A stretch of DNA of 64,000 nt, taken from Pseudomonadota bacterium (GTDB lineage: Bacteria > Bdellovibrionota > Bdellovibrionia > Bdellovibrionales > Bdellovibrionaceae). Under the pieces are notes generated by a model that ran no database searches, was not told the origin of the DNA, and saw only the letters and a list, made by a program, of their open reading frames with translations. The stretch spans positions 96,001-160,000 of the forward strand of contig JBEGVH010000006.1 of the NCBI GenBank assembly GCA_041178425.1, read 5' to 3'. This document shows, piece after piece, positions 1-12,534 of this stretch. The position numbers were made by a program, and so were the translations under genes. Positions within the stretch are counted from its first letter, which is position 1. Each line of letters opens with the position of its first letter.

Positions 1-2
1 AC

Positions 3-152
3 AAAGCCTCTAATTTGAGGGCCCAGCTCGCCCGACTTAGAGATCGACTCCCGAGGCGTATTCAGCCGATTTGCCATAAGTGGCGTCTTCAGGCGGGATT
101 TTCTCCCGAAGAAATAGAAGTCCTCGAGGATTTTCGTCAAAACTGGTTTTAA
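3..152 (+). CDS. 3' end of a CDS entering from the left edge (unknown product)
   Basis: Open frame from base 3 (KASNLRAQLARLRDRLPRRIQPICHKWRLQAGFSPEEIEVLEDFRQNWF*) ending TAA at 150-152; start lies outside the window. Confidence 0.5.
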   Translation, partial: KASNLRAQLARLRDRLPRRIQPICHKWRLQAGFSPEEIEVLEDFRQNWF

Positions 153-529
153 GCAACGAATAGCGACTGGTCCTCTATCTTTTCCTTACAAAGGGGGTGG
201 CTTTGTGTACTTGAACCTCCTCTTAGCTTGCTTTAGTGTATTTTTCAGTCTTAACAAAGTAGGTTGTGGTGGCCACTTTAAATCTGAGATAATATCAACT
301 TAAGGCCATCAAGGCTTTTATGTTTGCCCTTTTTACATTTGTGATAGGCCCATTAAAGTTGGTTCCAGAGATCTGGTGGCGGTGTGAATATATCCTTCAT
401 AAGGTATTGTCTAATTGATTCTCGGCGTGGATAAAAGTTAATTAAACTAACCTCATGAAATATTGAGCTAAATTGAAGGAAAGATTTCTTCCTAAAACAT
501 TGGAAATAGACTTTTCTTTTAAACGCTAG

Positions 530-546
530 TAAGGTATATTACCTTA
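530..546. promoter_or_regulatory. Palindromic operator TAAGGTA-TAT-TACCTTA, probable antitoxin autoregulation site
   Basis: Perfect 7-bp inverted repeat 16 bp upstream of the toxin start, overlapping the likely -10 region. Confidence 0.55.
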
Positions 547-562
547 TAAACGAGGGTATAGG

Positions 563-844
563 GTGGCAGTTTTAACTACGGTTGGTTTAACAAAGTTCGC
601 AGAAAAACAACTCAAAAAGGTACCTCTCCAGATTAGGGAAGCGCTTAGGTACTGGGCCGAGTCGGTTGAACGACTTGGAATAAGAGAAGTGCGAAAATTG
701 GCCGGATACCAAGATGAGCCACTTAAAGGTAATCGAAAAGGGCAAAGATCTGTGAGGCTAAATCGTGCTTATAGAGCCATTTATGTCGAAATAAACAATG
801 GTATTGAAGTGACCGTTATTGAGGTAAATAAACATGAGTACTAA
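563..844 (+). CDS. Type II TA toxin, RelE/HigB-family mRNA interferase
   Basis: 93 aa basic protein with 'DEPLKGNRKGQRSVRLNRAYRAIY', typical of the RelE/HigB/YoeB fold; overlaps the downstream HTH gene. Confidence 0.8.
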   Translation: MAVLTTVGLTKFAEKQLKKVPLQIREALRYWAESVERLGIREVRKLAGYQDEPLKGNRKGQRSVRLNRAYRAIYVEINNGIEVTVIEVNKHEY

Positions 845-1139
845 ATCTTTAACCAAAACATTAAGGAAAGAACTAGGTGCGATTTCTTTTGGTGGATTCC
901 TTCGATCGGCGAGAACCATGAAGGATAAAACCCAAAAAGAAATGGCCGATTTCTTGGGAATAGCCAAGGGCACTTTATGTGACATCGAAAAGGGGAGGCA
1001 AAATGTTAGTGTTGAGCTTGCCGCTAAAATTGCTAAAAAGTGCGGCCTTTCTGAAGCTATGGCCGTGGAGTGTGCCGTTAGAGATCAATTAAATAAGTAT
1101 GGTTTAAAACTAAAAGTTGAGATTAAAAAAGCAGCTTAA
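834..1139 (+). CDS. XRE/HTH antitoxin, HigA-like
   Basis: HTH_3 pattern 'TQKEMADFLGIAKGTLCDIEKGR'; toxin-first gene order as in higBA. Confidence 0.8.
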   Translation: MSTKSLTKTLRKELGAISFGGFLRSARTMKDKTQKEMADFLGIAKGTLCDIEKGRQNVSVELAAKIAKKCGLSEAMAVECAVRDQLNKYGLKLKVEIKKAA

Positions 1140-1171
1140 CAAAAGTTTTAAACTATCGATCAAAATCACTT

Positions 1172-1711
1172 TCAATGTCTTTTCCTTTTTTGTAGCTGCC
1201 GATTAGCATTAATAATTTTTAATGTTTGTGCTTTCTGGAAAGCGATCATCTTTTTATTGAGGGTTTCACTGGCGATGCCGAGCATGCGGATAGCGAGCAA
1301 ACCCGCATTCCGACTATTATCAACGGCGACGGTCGCGACCGGTACTCCCTTGGGCATTTGAGCTATCGACAACAGTGCATCGAGTCCTTTGAGTTTTCCG
1401 ACTTGAACAGGAACACCAATTACAGGAAGGTGAGTGAGCGATGAAACCATGCCCGGGAGATGGGCTGCACCACCGGCCCCTGCAATAATTATTTTATAGC
1501 CGTGTTTGTGAGCTGATTTTGCAAATTTGTACATCCATTCTGGCGTTCGATGGGCAGAAACAATAAGGACATCGTGACCCACACCAAACTCTGCCAGCGT
1601 GCTGGCGGCATCGCTCATGGTAGGGAGGTCGCTATCGCTTCCCATGATTATGGCGACCAGAGCTTTGGACGAAGTTTTACTTTTTTTTATAGAAACTTTT
1701 TTTGATGTCAT
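1172..1711 (-). CDS. purE: N5-CAIR mutase PurE
   Basis: 'IIMGSDSD', 'SAHRTP', '[11 protein letters not shown]', '[11 protein letters not shown]'. Start set at MTSKK (1711), which overlaps the purK stop. Confidence 0.95.
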   Translation of the reverse strand: MTSKKVSIKKSKTSSKALVAIIMGSDSDLPTMSDAASTLAEFGVGHDVLIVSAHRTPEWMYKFAKSAHKHGYKIIIAGAGGAAHLPGMVSSLTHLPVIGVPVQVGKLKGLDALLSIAQMPKGVPVATVAVDNSRNAGLLAIRMLGIASETLNKKMIAFQKAQTLKIINANRQLQKRKRH

Positions 1712-2850
1712 AGTTGAACCTTTCGTCGAGCGGTAAGGGCGACTTTCAAGGCCGCTTGCGGAGATGTCGCCGTGGCGTTGATGTGTCCCATTTTGCGGTG
1801 ATTGCGATTTTCTTTTTTTCCATACCAATGAAGTTGGCATTGCTTTGGCGTTTTGGCTAATTGATTTGACCATTCTGGACATTGATCAGAGGACCCGAGT
1901 AAATTGGCCATCGCGAAGGGAGCAAGAACGGCTGGAGCCACTAATTTGTAACCAGCAACAGCTAAAATATGGGCCTGAAACTGACTCATGCTCATCGCGT
2001 CTTGGCTGTAGTGACCACTGTTGTGGACTCTTGGTGCTATTTCGTTCACTAAAAGATTTTTACCATCATCAAAAAGTTCAAAGGCCATAAGGCCTACGTA
2101 GTTTTCTTTTTTGAGAAAGGCTTTCATTGATTTTCGAAGGGCCTTTTCTTGACGATGTTTGATGGGGCCCATCACCCAATCACAACGAGCGTTTGTTTGC
2201 TTTGACTCCACCAATGGAAAATCGATGATCGTGCCAAATTGATCGCGGGCCATCAGAAGTGCGAGTTCTCGTCGAAAAGGAATCTTCTTTTCAGCGATAA
2301 ACCCTTCCTTAGTTTTCTGTTGGATTTGATGCCAGTCTCGGGCACCCGTTTTGGTGTGAATAAAAAATGTTCCATAGCCATCGTAACCGAAGCGTCTTTG
2401 TTTTAAGACGATTTCTCGACCCATTTTTTGGAGGTTTTCAATATCTGCCCAGGTATTGACGGGCGCATAGGGTGCTGTTGGAATTTTGTATTTTTCGAGG
2501 AGTTGTTTTTGCGAGAGTCGATCCTGAAGTTTTCCCATTAAGGTGGGATGAGGATAGATAGGTACCTTTGATTTTTCGCTCAATCGAGCCAGGGTTTCGG
2601 CGTTTAAAAATTCGCTTTCAAATGTGACAACGTCACATTTTTTAATGAAGGCTTCGAGGGCGACCGGATCTTTGAGGTCGCCCTGAGAAAAGTGGGGGCA
2701 GACTTGTGGGGCTGGATCATCTGCTTCGGCAGCAAAAATATGAGGAACAATGCCGTAGGGATGAGCAGCGAGAGCCAACATCCGAGCAAGTTGTCCGCCT
2801 CCAAGAATACCGAGCGTCTGACCAGGAGTTTTCTTCAATGATTCCTTCAT
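1708..2850 (-). CDS. purK: N5-CAIR synthase PurK (ATP-grasp)
   Basis: '[11 protein letters not shown]', 'GYDGYG', '[12 protein letters not shown]', 'RKMGH'; adjacent to purE. Confidence 0.95.
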   Translation of the reverse strand: MKESLKKTPGQTLGILGGGQLARMLALAAHPYGIVPHIFAAEADDPAPQVCPHFSQGDLKDPVALEAFIKKCDVVTFESEFLNAETLARLSEKSKVPIYPHPTLMGKLQDRLSQKQLLEKYKIPTAPYAPVNTWADIENLQKMGREIVLKQRRFGYDGYGTFFIHTKTGARDWHQIQQKTKEGFIAEKKIPFRRELALLMARDQFGTIIDFPLVESKQTNARCDWVMGPIKHRQEKALRKSMKAFLKKENYVGLMAFELFDDGKNLLVNEIAPRVHNSGHYSQDAMSMSQFQAHILAVAGYKLVAPAVLAPFAMANLLGSSDQCPEWSNQLAKTPKQCQLHWYGKKENRNHRKMGHINATATSPQAALKVALTARRKVQL

Positions 2851-2912
2851 AGTAGAGTCCCTTTTATCGAGTTGTTTGCTAAAAAGTGAAAACCTTACTA
2901 TAGATCTTGGGT

Positions 2913-3983
2913 ATGACAATAAAAAAAAGAGGTCTGGAGCGGCCCGTTCTTAACGAGACGATTAATTTTCCACTCACGTTAGCCCCTATGGTTGGGCTCT
3001 CGCACACGTCCGTCCGCCGCTTATTGATGGATTACCTTCCTGAGGGCGCAGAAACAATCTGGCCCACCGAGATGTTAAACTCTCGCAAAATCCCATTAGA
3101 AAAACTAGGGGCCACTCCAGAAACCTACCGACATTCTTCTGAACATGGAGCCCTCGTCCCGCAAATCCTAGGGAATGAAGAAGAACCTATTCGAAAAAGC
3201 GTTGAGAAGCTGCAGGAATGGGGTGTGAGCGGTATTGATATTAATATGGGTTGTCCCGTTGCAAAAGCTCTCAAGCACAACTATGGAGTGTCGCTCATGG
3301 GAGATGTTGAATATGCGGCCGAGGTTGTTCGAATGACAAAACAATCGGCAAGAGTTCCTGTTTCTGTAAAGTTGCGTGCCGTTGAGTCGGGTCAGAGAGA
3401 AGACTTGAAGCACTTCATGCAAGCTCTTGAGGAGGCCGGTGCTAGTTGGTTGACTCTTCATCCGCGTCGGGGAAGTCAGAAAAGAAGGGGCGAGGCAGAC
3501 TGGTCGCAGATTGGGTGGGTCAGAAATCAAATATCATGCCCTCTGATTGGAAATGGGGATGTGCAAACAGTCGACGACGTTGAAGCCATGTTGGATGAGA
3601 CGGGGTGTGATATGGTAATGATTGGTCGTGCGCTGATGGCTCGACCGTGGCTTTTCTGGCAAATGGGTGAAAAATGGGGATGGTCGCCTCCGATCAAATA
3701 TCGTGGACTTTCGGCACCAAAAACACCTCAAGAAGAGGCGCACGAATATGGAAACGCCTTACAGCGTCTTGCTTTTTATATGGGTGAGGATTTTTCTTCG
3801 GAAGCCTTGGCTCTTCGAAAATTTATGTTTTTTGTAAAAACGGGAGCTGTCTGGTTGGATTTTGGTCAAAATCTTGTAGGAGTTGTTCATCAGTCCAGAA
3901 GTTTGCTGGCGCTCCACGAAAACTTAGAGATTTTTTTCAAACAAGATCTGTTGATGTGTCAGCGAACGGAGCTTCGTCAGTAG
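2913..3983 (+). CDS. tRNA-dihydrouridine synthase (Dus family)
   Basis: 'LAPMVG', 'IDINMGCP', 'SVKLR', 'IGNGDV', 'VMIGRA' motifs. Confidence 0.9.
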   Translation: MTIKKRGLERPVLNETINFPLTLAPMVGLSHTSVRRLLMDYLPEGAETIWPTEMLNSRKIPLEKLGATPETYRHSSEHGALVPQILGNEEEPIRKSVEKLQEWGVSGIDINMGCPVAKALKHNYGVSLMGDVEYAAEVVRMTKQSARVPVSVKLRAVESGQREDLKHFMQALEEAGASWLTLHPRRGSQKRRGEADWSQIGWVRNQISCPLIGNGDVQTVDDVEAMLDETGCDMVMIGRALMARPWLFWQMGEKWGWSPPIKYRGLSAPKTPQEEAHEYGNALQRLAFYMGEDFSSEALALRKFMFFVKTGAVWLDFGQNLVGVVHQSRSLLALHENLEIFFKQDLLMCQRTELRQ

Positions 3984-4019
3984 ACGTCATTGATAATTTG
4001 AAGGTAAGAGGGCATTGGT

Positions 4020-4829
4020 GTGGTTGATTTTCAGCATCCTTTAGCAATAAAAATTAGAAAGCAAATTGTTCAGGCTCTGAATGATTTTTCGATGATGGCA
4101 CCCCAAGATCACTGGATGGTTTGTGTTTCAGGCGGAAAGGACTCCAGTATTCTTCTTGCGCTCTTAACAGAGATTCAAAGAAAAAGCCCTATTCCCTTTA
4201 CCTTTGCAGGCGTCATCCTGGATCAAAAACAACCAGGGTTTAAGGTTCAAGATTTTCAAGCCTGGGTTGAGTCTCTGGGGGTGGAGTTGACGGTTCTGCA
4301 AAAAGACACCTATTCGATTGTAAAAGAAAAAGTAACTGACGGCGTGTATTGCTCACTGTGTTCGCGTTTGCGAAGAGGCATTCTCTATGCTCATGCAGAA
4401 AAGATGGGGTTCACAAAGCTGGCATTAGGACATCATCGTGATGATTTGATTGAGACGACATTGTTGAATCTCTTTTTCACGGGTCGAGTGGCGGCTATGC
4501 CGCCAAAATTGTTGTCGGATGATGAGAAAAATCTTTTGGTTCGTCCTATGGCCTATGTTGCCGAAAGTGATATCGAAGAGTTGGCCAAAGCATGGCAAAT
4601 TCCAATAATTCCCTGCAATTTATGTGGTTCTCAAGAGGGATTGCGTAGAAAGAGAATTAAACGTTTAATTAACGATCTCGAAAAAGAAATTCCCGACATT
4701 CGCCACTCGATGTTGGGAGCCATCGGTAATGTGCACCGCTCTCAATTGCTAGATCATCGTCTCTGGGATTTTGAGACTCTTCAGCGCACCCCCGATAAAG
4801 AAAAGCGGGCCGAGGAGTTGTTTTCCTAG
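4020..4829 (+). CDS. ttcA: tRNA 2-thiocytidine(32) synthetase TtcA
   Basis: PP-loop 'SGGKDS', 'CSLCSRLRRG', 'GHHRDD', 'PCNLCGSQ'. Confidence 0.95.
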   Translation: MVDFQHPLAIKIRKQIVQALNDFSMMAPQDHWMVCVSGGKDSSILLALLTEIQRKSPIPFTFAGVILDQKQPGFKVQDFQAWVESLGVELTVLQKDTYSIVKEKVTDGVYCSLCSRLRRGILYAHAEKMGFTKLALGHHRDDLIETTLLNLFFTGRVAAMPPKLLSDDEKNLLVRPMAYVAESDIEELAKAWQIPIIPCNLCGSQEGLRRKRIKRLINDLEKEIPDIRHSMLGAIGNVHRSQLLDHRLWDFETLQRTPDKEKRAEELFS

Positions 4830-6121
4830 GCCGTGTATTTAGAAACACCCTCAAGCACGAGTTCGCCACCGATGAGTAACTGGTAAAAAGTATTAGCATC
4901 ATTAAAATTATGAGTTCCAAAACTCTCGTAGTGCTGTTGAAGGTGAAGACCTTTCTCCTTTGATTCCAAAATCAGGTCTCTCACATTATCAGTGCGCACA
5001 TGATGGGCTTCGCAGGTTTTAACTATGAGATCGACGTATTCAAAGTGATTTTTAATTTGGCTCGTGATCTGTGCGTAGTCCTGAAGGAGCAATTTGGGTG
5101 AAAGCAGCAAGCTCTGAGTGAGTACCTTCAGGGATTCGATCGCATCAATGCTCATGGGGATGTCGGCCGAACTTTCCGTTTTGAGATAATCGAAAAAGTG
5201 AGAAACAAAGGCGTTCATTGAACTGAGATGCAGAAGAACCGACGAACGATGAAACTGTGTTTTTTTGAGAGTTTCAAAAAAATAACGAAGATTACCCCGG
5301 TAATTATTCATAAGGAGGGAGTCTTCGTTTCCGGTGGTTGTGGGGCTAGGTATCGTTTCTTCGGGAACACTAAAAGATCGAACCTTCTTAGAGAGTTCTC
5401 GATTGAGAACCATAAGGACCGATTGAAATTCATATTGAAGTTCAATAGCACTGTCTACCCGTCGGAGCCACTCAATGATATTGCGATGGAGAAATTTGTA
5501 ACCTTTAAAAACCTGATTCAACGTGTGGCTGGCTACGAGATCGGTGCGACTGGCAGGTCTAAAGGAAAGACGTTCGAGATGATCGGGAAAGGCTCGCGAT
5601 GAAATGCCGATATTGGCGTCAATCTCGGCCGATAAACAAGAGCTCGCCCAGGCATGGTAATTGATAAAGTCACGCCCCAGGAGCCAATGATTGAGTTCTT
5701 TTTCTGCATCAGTCACGGATACTTGTTCAATATTTATGAGGCGTTGATACAGACGCTCAATATGGGCAATATTTTGTGCTCGTGGCATGAGTCGAATCGA
5801 AAGATAGCGTTGTTCCACAGGGAGCACGAGGGCGTAAACCCAGTAGTAACGGCCATCCGAAGTTAGATTTTTAATGTAACCGCCGAAGGGCAAGCCCCCT
5901 TTGATGGTCTCCCACATGAGACGATAAACTGTTTTGGGCATGTCGGGGTGACGAACAACGCTATGAGGAGCGCCCTTCAAATCTTCAATCGAATACCCAG
6001 AGACTTTGGCAAAAATCCCATTGGCGAGTTGAATAAATCCTCGAGAGTTTGTGATGGAGAAAAAGAGTTCGTCATTGCTGATATCAACGGGAATTTCAGT
6101 GATAGGTATACTTTTTCGCAA
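4826..6121 (-). CDS. Aer-type PAS-domain protein without a recognisable MCP signalling domain
   Basis: N-terminal 'HSVVRHPDMP..MWETIK..YIKNL..DGRYYWV' Aer-like PAS; helical C-terminus. Strong RBS (AAGGAGGAGG) before TTG at 6121. Confidence 0.7.
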   Translation of the reverse strand: MRKSIPITEIPVDISNDELFFSITNSRGFIQLANGIFAKVSGYSIEDLKGAPHSVVRHPDMPKTVYRLMWETIKGGLPFGGYIKNLTSDGRYYWVYALVLPVEQRYLSIRLMPRAQNIAHIERLYQRLINIEQVSVTDAEKELNHWLLGRDFINYHAWASSCLSAEIDANIGISSRAFPDHLERLSFRPASRTDLVASHTLNQVFKGYKFLHRNIIEWLRRVDSAIELQYEFQSVLMVLNRELSKKVRSFSVPEETIPSPTTTGNEDSLLMNNYRGNLRYFFETLKKTQFHRSSVLLHLSSMNAFVSHFFDYLKTESSADIPMSIDAIESLKVLTQSLLLSPKLLLQDYAQITSQIKNHFEYVDLIVKTCEAHHVRTDNVRDLILESKEKGLHLQQHYESFGTHNFNDANTFYQLLIGGELVLEGVSKYTA

Positions 6122-6426
6122 GCGAACCTCCTCCTTAGAGCTAGAGAACAATCGGAGTTTTTTAATAAAGTCTTTAATTCTTTAAGGTTCATCGGAGGAA
6201 TAGGATTGAAGCCCAAGACAAAGGTCTTATTAGTGCAACGCAGCAGCATCAATGAAGGAGGTTTTATTGCTCGGATGGAGCAAGCAGAAAAGGCATACTC
6301 ATTCTAATGCGTTCTCTGTTGCTCAACAGGGATATTAAATAATCTCAATTTATTAATGACAAAATCTTTAAATAAAAATGCAATAGGCAAGTGTTGATCA
6401 CTTAATTACTCACAGGAGGAGTTTAA

Positions 6427-8661
<2,235 letters not shown>

Positions 8662-8688
8662 AGTTAAAAGATCTCTTGAAATTTGAAT

Positions 8689-8728
8689 AAAAAAAGGGGG
8701 GGGCGTCTCAACGCCCCCCCTTTTTTTT
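8689..8728. terminator. Intrinsic (bidirectional-type) terminator after katG
   Basis: A-tract, GGGGGGGCGT-ctca-ACGCCCCCCC, T8. Confidence 0.9.
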
Positions 8729-8772
8729 CTTGCTGTTGACAGATCAATGGCCTGTCGATGATGATTGTGCTG

Positions 8773-9573
8773 ATGACAAACATGCTAGAGATTTTTGCTA
8801 TCCTTTTGTTTTATTTTGGCATCGGTTTTTGGTGTTCTCATCGAAGTCATAAAATTGCGTGGGTTGATTTTTTTTGGTCATCTAGTTTTTTTGTTACCAC
8901 GTTATTATTATCTTTCTCTGCTTACAAAGTGGATCGATTAGCCCTAACAGAGGGTCCAATTCCGCCTTGGGTGGGTCTTGCTTTGATGTTTTGTATTTGG
9001 TCGCTGCGATTGAGTCTTCACTTGTTTCGGCGACTCTGGGGCGCATCAGAGGATACAAGGTATATTCAGTTGAGTTTAATGTGGAAACAAAACTGGAATC
9101 GAAATGTTTTTCTTCTCTATCTGTTCGAAGCTCTTTTATCGTTTGCGCTCAGTGCCCCTCTTTTTGTTGTTTTCGGAGCAAAGTCACAAATTCTGAGTTG
9201 GCCTCAGAGTTTAGGTTTTGTCCTTTTTTTAATTGGACTTGCGGGAGAAAGTTTGTCGGATTACCAACTTCTGATTTTTAAACGAAGGAATCGTGGCCAA
9301 AAAGCTGTTTGTGATCTGGGTTTGTGGAAGTATTCCAGGCACCCCAATTATTTTTTTGAAATAGTCATATGGATCTCCTTTGCGTTCTACTGTACTCAGT
9401 TACCATGGGCTTGGACGGCGTGGTTTTCTCCGCTCCTGATGGGCTTTTTGTTGGTGAAGGTGACTGGCGTGGCTCCCTCCGAAAAACAGGCTCTCGAGAC
9501 GAGAGGTAATTTGTATCGACGCTACCAAAGTCGCACCAGTATGCTGGTGCCTTGGCCACCCAAAGGAGAATGA
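8773..9573 (+). CDS. DUF1295 / steroid 5-alpha-reductase-like membrane protein
   Basis: 'VDFFWS', 'EDTRY', 'GLWKYSRHPNYFFE', 'YRRYQSRTS..VPW'; multiple hydrophobic segments. Confidence 0.85.
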   Translation: MTNMLEIFAILLFYFGIGFWCSHRSHKIAWVDFFWSSSFFVTTLLLSFSAYKVDRLALTEGPIPPWVGLALMFCIWSLRLSLHLFRRLWGASEDTRYIQLSLMWKQNWNRNVFLLYLFEALLSFALSAPLFVVFGAKSQILSWPQSLGFVLFLIGLAGESLSDYQLLIFKRRNRGQKAVCDLGLWKYSRHPNYFFEIVIWISFAFYCTQLPWAWTAWFSPLLMGFLLVKVTGVAPSEKQALETRGNLYRRYQSRTSMLVPWPPKGE

Positions 9574-9577
9574 CGTC

Positions 9578-10072
9578 GTGGTTTTTAAAACTTTAATTAT
9601 TGTCTTTTTTTTATTTTCATCAATAAGGGGTAACGCCATGAGTTCTGAATTGAGTCAGCAAGAACGAATAAAAATTGTTTTCAATAATCTTCGTGCGAAC
9701 AAACTCGATATTCTCGATGGCTTTTATGATCCAAATATTTTTTTTCAGGATCCTCTTGGAGTTCATAAAGGGCTCGACGAAATGAAAAAATACTACCAAA
9801 AAATGTATCGAAATGTGCAAGAGATTGAGTTTGTGCCCAAAGAAATGATTTCTTCTGGCTCGAAGCATGTTTTCGTTTGGCAGATGCGATTACGTGCGAG
9901 CGGATTAAATGGGGGAGACTTAGTTGTTGTTGATGGCAATTCGGTTATCGAGTTTAATGATCGAAATCTTGTTTCCTATCATCGGGACTATTTCGATATG
10001 GGGGAATTTATCTATCGTTACATTCCGGTGTTGGGTTGGACGATTGATAAAATCAATCGCCAACTCCGGTAA
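9578..10072 (+). CDS. NTF2/SnoaL-like protein
   Basis: 'FYDPNIFFQDP', 'YHRDYFD', 'YRYIPVLG' are typical of this NTF2-like family; alternative start at 9638. Confidence 0.8.
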   Translation: MVFKTLIIVFFLFSSIRGNAMSSELSQQERIKIVFNNLRANKLDILDGFYDPNIFFQDPLGVHKGLDEMKKYYQKMYRNVQEIEFVPKEMISSGSKHVFVWQMRLRASGLNGGDLVVVDGNSVIEFNDRNLVSYHRDYFDMGEFIYRYIPVLGWTIDKINRQLR

Positions 10073-10077
10073 TAATA

Positions 10078-10506
10078 TCATTTGGGCTGTGAGCGAAGCA
10101 TTTTCTTCACTTCGGCAACATGAGCCTCTTCTTCGCAAATCATTTCGCGGGCGTACTCTTCAAGGAAAACGGACTTCCCTTCGACAGCCTTGAGGAGTTT
10201 TTGAAGGTTTTCGAGCTGCGTTTCCTCGTGATCTAAGCTCTCATTTAAGATGTCATTAATCGTGTGCTTATGCGATTCAGTCAGTTTGCCGATTTTTAAA
10301 CTCGGGTGTCCTTCCAGGGTGGTGATATGTTCTCCTGCAACAGCCGCATGAGCGAGAGATTCTGTAGCTTGAGCGCGAAGCCAGCCCACAATTGGAATTC
10401 GATTATGACCAAAGATCATGAGAGAATAGTGGGTGTAACGAACGACTCCGGCAAGTTCCATTTCAAGAATTTGATTTAGTAAATCGATGACTTTTTTATT
10501 ATCCAT
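10078..10506 (-). CDS. Bacterioferritin-like ferritin-family protein
   Basis: Ferroxidase pattern E..(ESLAH)..E..(EEEAH), 'RYTHYS', 'LEGHPS'; RBS GGAGG before MDNKK. Confidence 0.85.
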   Translation of the reverse strand: MDNKKVIDLLNQILEMELAGVVRYTHYSLMIFGHNRIPIVGWLRAQATESLAHAAVAGEHITTLEGHPSLKIGKLTESHKHTINDILNESLDHEETQLENLQKLLKAVEGKSVFLEEYAREMICEEEAHVAEVKKMLRSQPK

Positions 10507-10700
10507 AACGAGACCTCCGCGCTTTGTTATCTTATCTTGCATTGGTAATTTTTGGCTGACAAGGAGGCAATGAATTGGAGGCTCTTTGACTCGCCCTTCG
10601 TCGAGACCACTCGATTGACTCTTTGTTAGCGTAACATAATCTTTTCAGGGACCGAAGGCTTTGCTACAAAAGGGCTCAAAGGTATGGCAAAAGGAAATAT

Positions 10701-10889
10701 ATGATGGAAGAGCGTTTAATAGAGATAGAAATGAAATTAGTGACTCAGGAAAAGTTGATTGAAGAATTAAGTGGGGTCATTTTTGAGCAGCAAAAGCAAA
10801 TCGATCTTTTAGAAAAGCTGATGCAAGATCAGCTTCGTGCGCGAAGTATCGAAATTGGGCCTCACAATGTGAAGCCTCCGCATTATTAA
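10701..10889 (+). CDS. slyX: SlyX family protein
   Basis: Coiled coil 'ERLIEIEMKL..QEKLIEELS' and diagnostic C-terminal 'PPHY'. Confidence 0.9.
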   Translation: MMEERLIEIEMKLVTQEKLIEELSGVIFEQQKQIDLLEKLMQDQLRARSIEIGPHNVKPPHY

Positions 10890-10950
10890 TTCACGACTCA
10901 ATCGATGACTCTTGGTGGTGCCACCCTGATTTTTATGGTGAAATTATAAT

Positions 10951-12420
10951 CTACTTATTCGAAGGTTCTTGTGGTTTTCTGATGGCCCAGGGTTTGGGCT
11001 CTTTGCGGTCCCACTTGAGAGTGAGATTCGCCATTAAGCCAGAGCTCGTTTCGATGAGAATTGATTTGGAACCTTTGGTTTTGAAGTTGGCATCGAGAGC
11101 TTTCTCGAGTTGTCGAAGAGATTGAATTTTTTGACCGTTCAGGCGATCAACAAAATCGCCTACCTCAATAAAAAGGTCTTCTGCGGCCGTTTCCGGACAA
11201 ACATGAGTAATCAGCATTTTCGATTTTGATTCTAGATATTCACGCATTAAAAAGCACGGATCTATACCGTAGGTTTGGTGAAGAGCCTCGATCAGCTCCA
11301 GAGAGACTTCCTGAATTATGATACCTTCAAGGCACATGAAGCTCATTCGGCTCCAAAGGGGTTGACTGGGAAAGGTCAGCGGTGGCGAGACTTTAATAAG
11401 AGCTGATTTTTTAATGACCTTTCCTTTTCTCCAAATCGACAGCTGTACCGGAGATGAGGGCGGCGTCATTTGCAAGATATCAAACAGGTTTTGTTTTCTT
11501 ATGTCGTGATTTTTCTCAATCACGATGCCGTGCCGATCCAGTTTGCGCCCATTCACAGAGAGAATCACATCTCGTTGGTGGAGCCCGGCGCTTTCGGCAA
11601 AACCGTTAGGAAGAATTTTTGATACGATAACACCCTCGCAGGACTTCATTTTTAGAAAACCGGCGTTTTGCGGTGAGTTTCTTTGAAGATGAGCGCCAAA
11701 GTGAGCATTCGAAAGAGTTTTACCTTGTTGTAAGATTGGTAAAATATTTTCGGCCAAGTGAATAGGGGTTATAAAGCTGATATTGTTAGCGCCAAGAATG
11801 ATGGCGGTGTTGATTCCTAAAACACCACCCGATTGATTGATCGCTGGGCCACCGCTATTGCCTGGATTGATGGCGGCATCGGTCACAAATCGTTCTACTG
11901 TGCCCGGTGTGCCACCAATAAAATTTGAAATTTCACCGGCTGAGATGTTTGGTTCTTCCATTCCTAAGGGGTAACCAATCGCCTTGATGATCTCTCCGCG
12001 ATGGACGCTTCGTGAGTCGGCAAATTTCAGATAGGGAATTGTTTTAATTTTTGCCACTTTTTTGAAGCGTTTAAGCTCTTTGGTGGAGAATTTAAGGAGT
12101 GCCACGTCTGGTTCTAGGCCTGGCACTAAACCTACGCATTCCACCTCGAAAGGTTCGTCACTCGTAAAGATAGAGCGAATTTCGAGGTGAGTGGCGCTGC
12201 GAGCAACGTGACCATTGGTGAGAATCCATCCCTCTTCGTTCTTCCAGCGAATGAAAAAACCAGACCCTGTCCACTCTTCTGTGGGGACTTGTCGAGGATC
12301 GAGAAAGGCCGGCCATTGGTTTTCCGTAAAGCCACGGCAATGAATACGAACAACTGCAGGCATTGCTTTTTTTGCGGAGGTGGTGATATCGTGAGCAGTT
12401 TTTTTTCTTTTCTTGATCAT
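10951..12420 (-). CDS. HtrA/Deg-family trypsin-like serine protease with PDZ domains
   Basis: 'GSGF', 'LTNGHV', 'PDVALL', 'AAINPGNSGGP' triad; PDZ-like C-terminal half; no evident signal peptide. Confidence 0.9.
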   Translation of the reverse strand: MIKKRKKTAHDITTSAKKAMPAVVRIHCRGFTENQWPAFLDPRQVPTEEWTGSGFFIRWKNEEGWILTNGHVARSATHLEIRSIFTSDEPFEVECVGLVPGLEPDVALLKFSTKELKRFKKVAKIKTIPYLKFADSRSVHRGEIIKAIGYPLGMEEPNISAGEISNFIGGTPGTVERFVTDAAINPGNSGGPAINQSGGVLGINTAIILGANNISFITPIHLAENILPILQQGKTLSNAHFGAHLQRNSPQNAGFLKMKSCEGVIVSKILPNGFAESAGLHQRDVILSVNGRKLDRHGIVIEKNHDIRKQNLFDILQMTPPSSPVQLSIWRKGKVIKKSALIKVSPPLTFPSQPLWSRMSFMCLEGIIIQEVSLELIEALHQTYGIDPCFLMREYLESKSKMLITHVCPETAAEDLFIEVGDFVDRLNGQKIQSLRQLEKALDANFKTKGSKSILIETSSGLMANLTLKWDRKEPKPWAIRKPQEPSNK

Positions 12421-12534
12421 CTTAGATCGATGATAAAGAAGTACACGATGGTGTCAACGAGTTGGGATTAAAAAGTCTAGATGTTTGGAATTTATTGACG
12501 GAGTTAAATGAGATCGGGTCGTTATCGCTTTCAA

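Noticed and set aside
153..529. Pseudogene or ncRNA upstream of the TA pair
   Set aside because: No sustained frame or convincing structure could be recognised by eye.
1712..1882. Long N-terminal extension of purE (and similar extensions of purK, xerD, the DEAD helicase and the cNMP protein)
   Set aside because: These overlap neighbours or promoters; downstream starts fit family length and RBS or leaderless signals.
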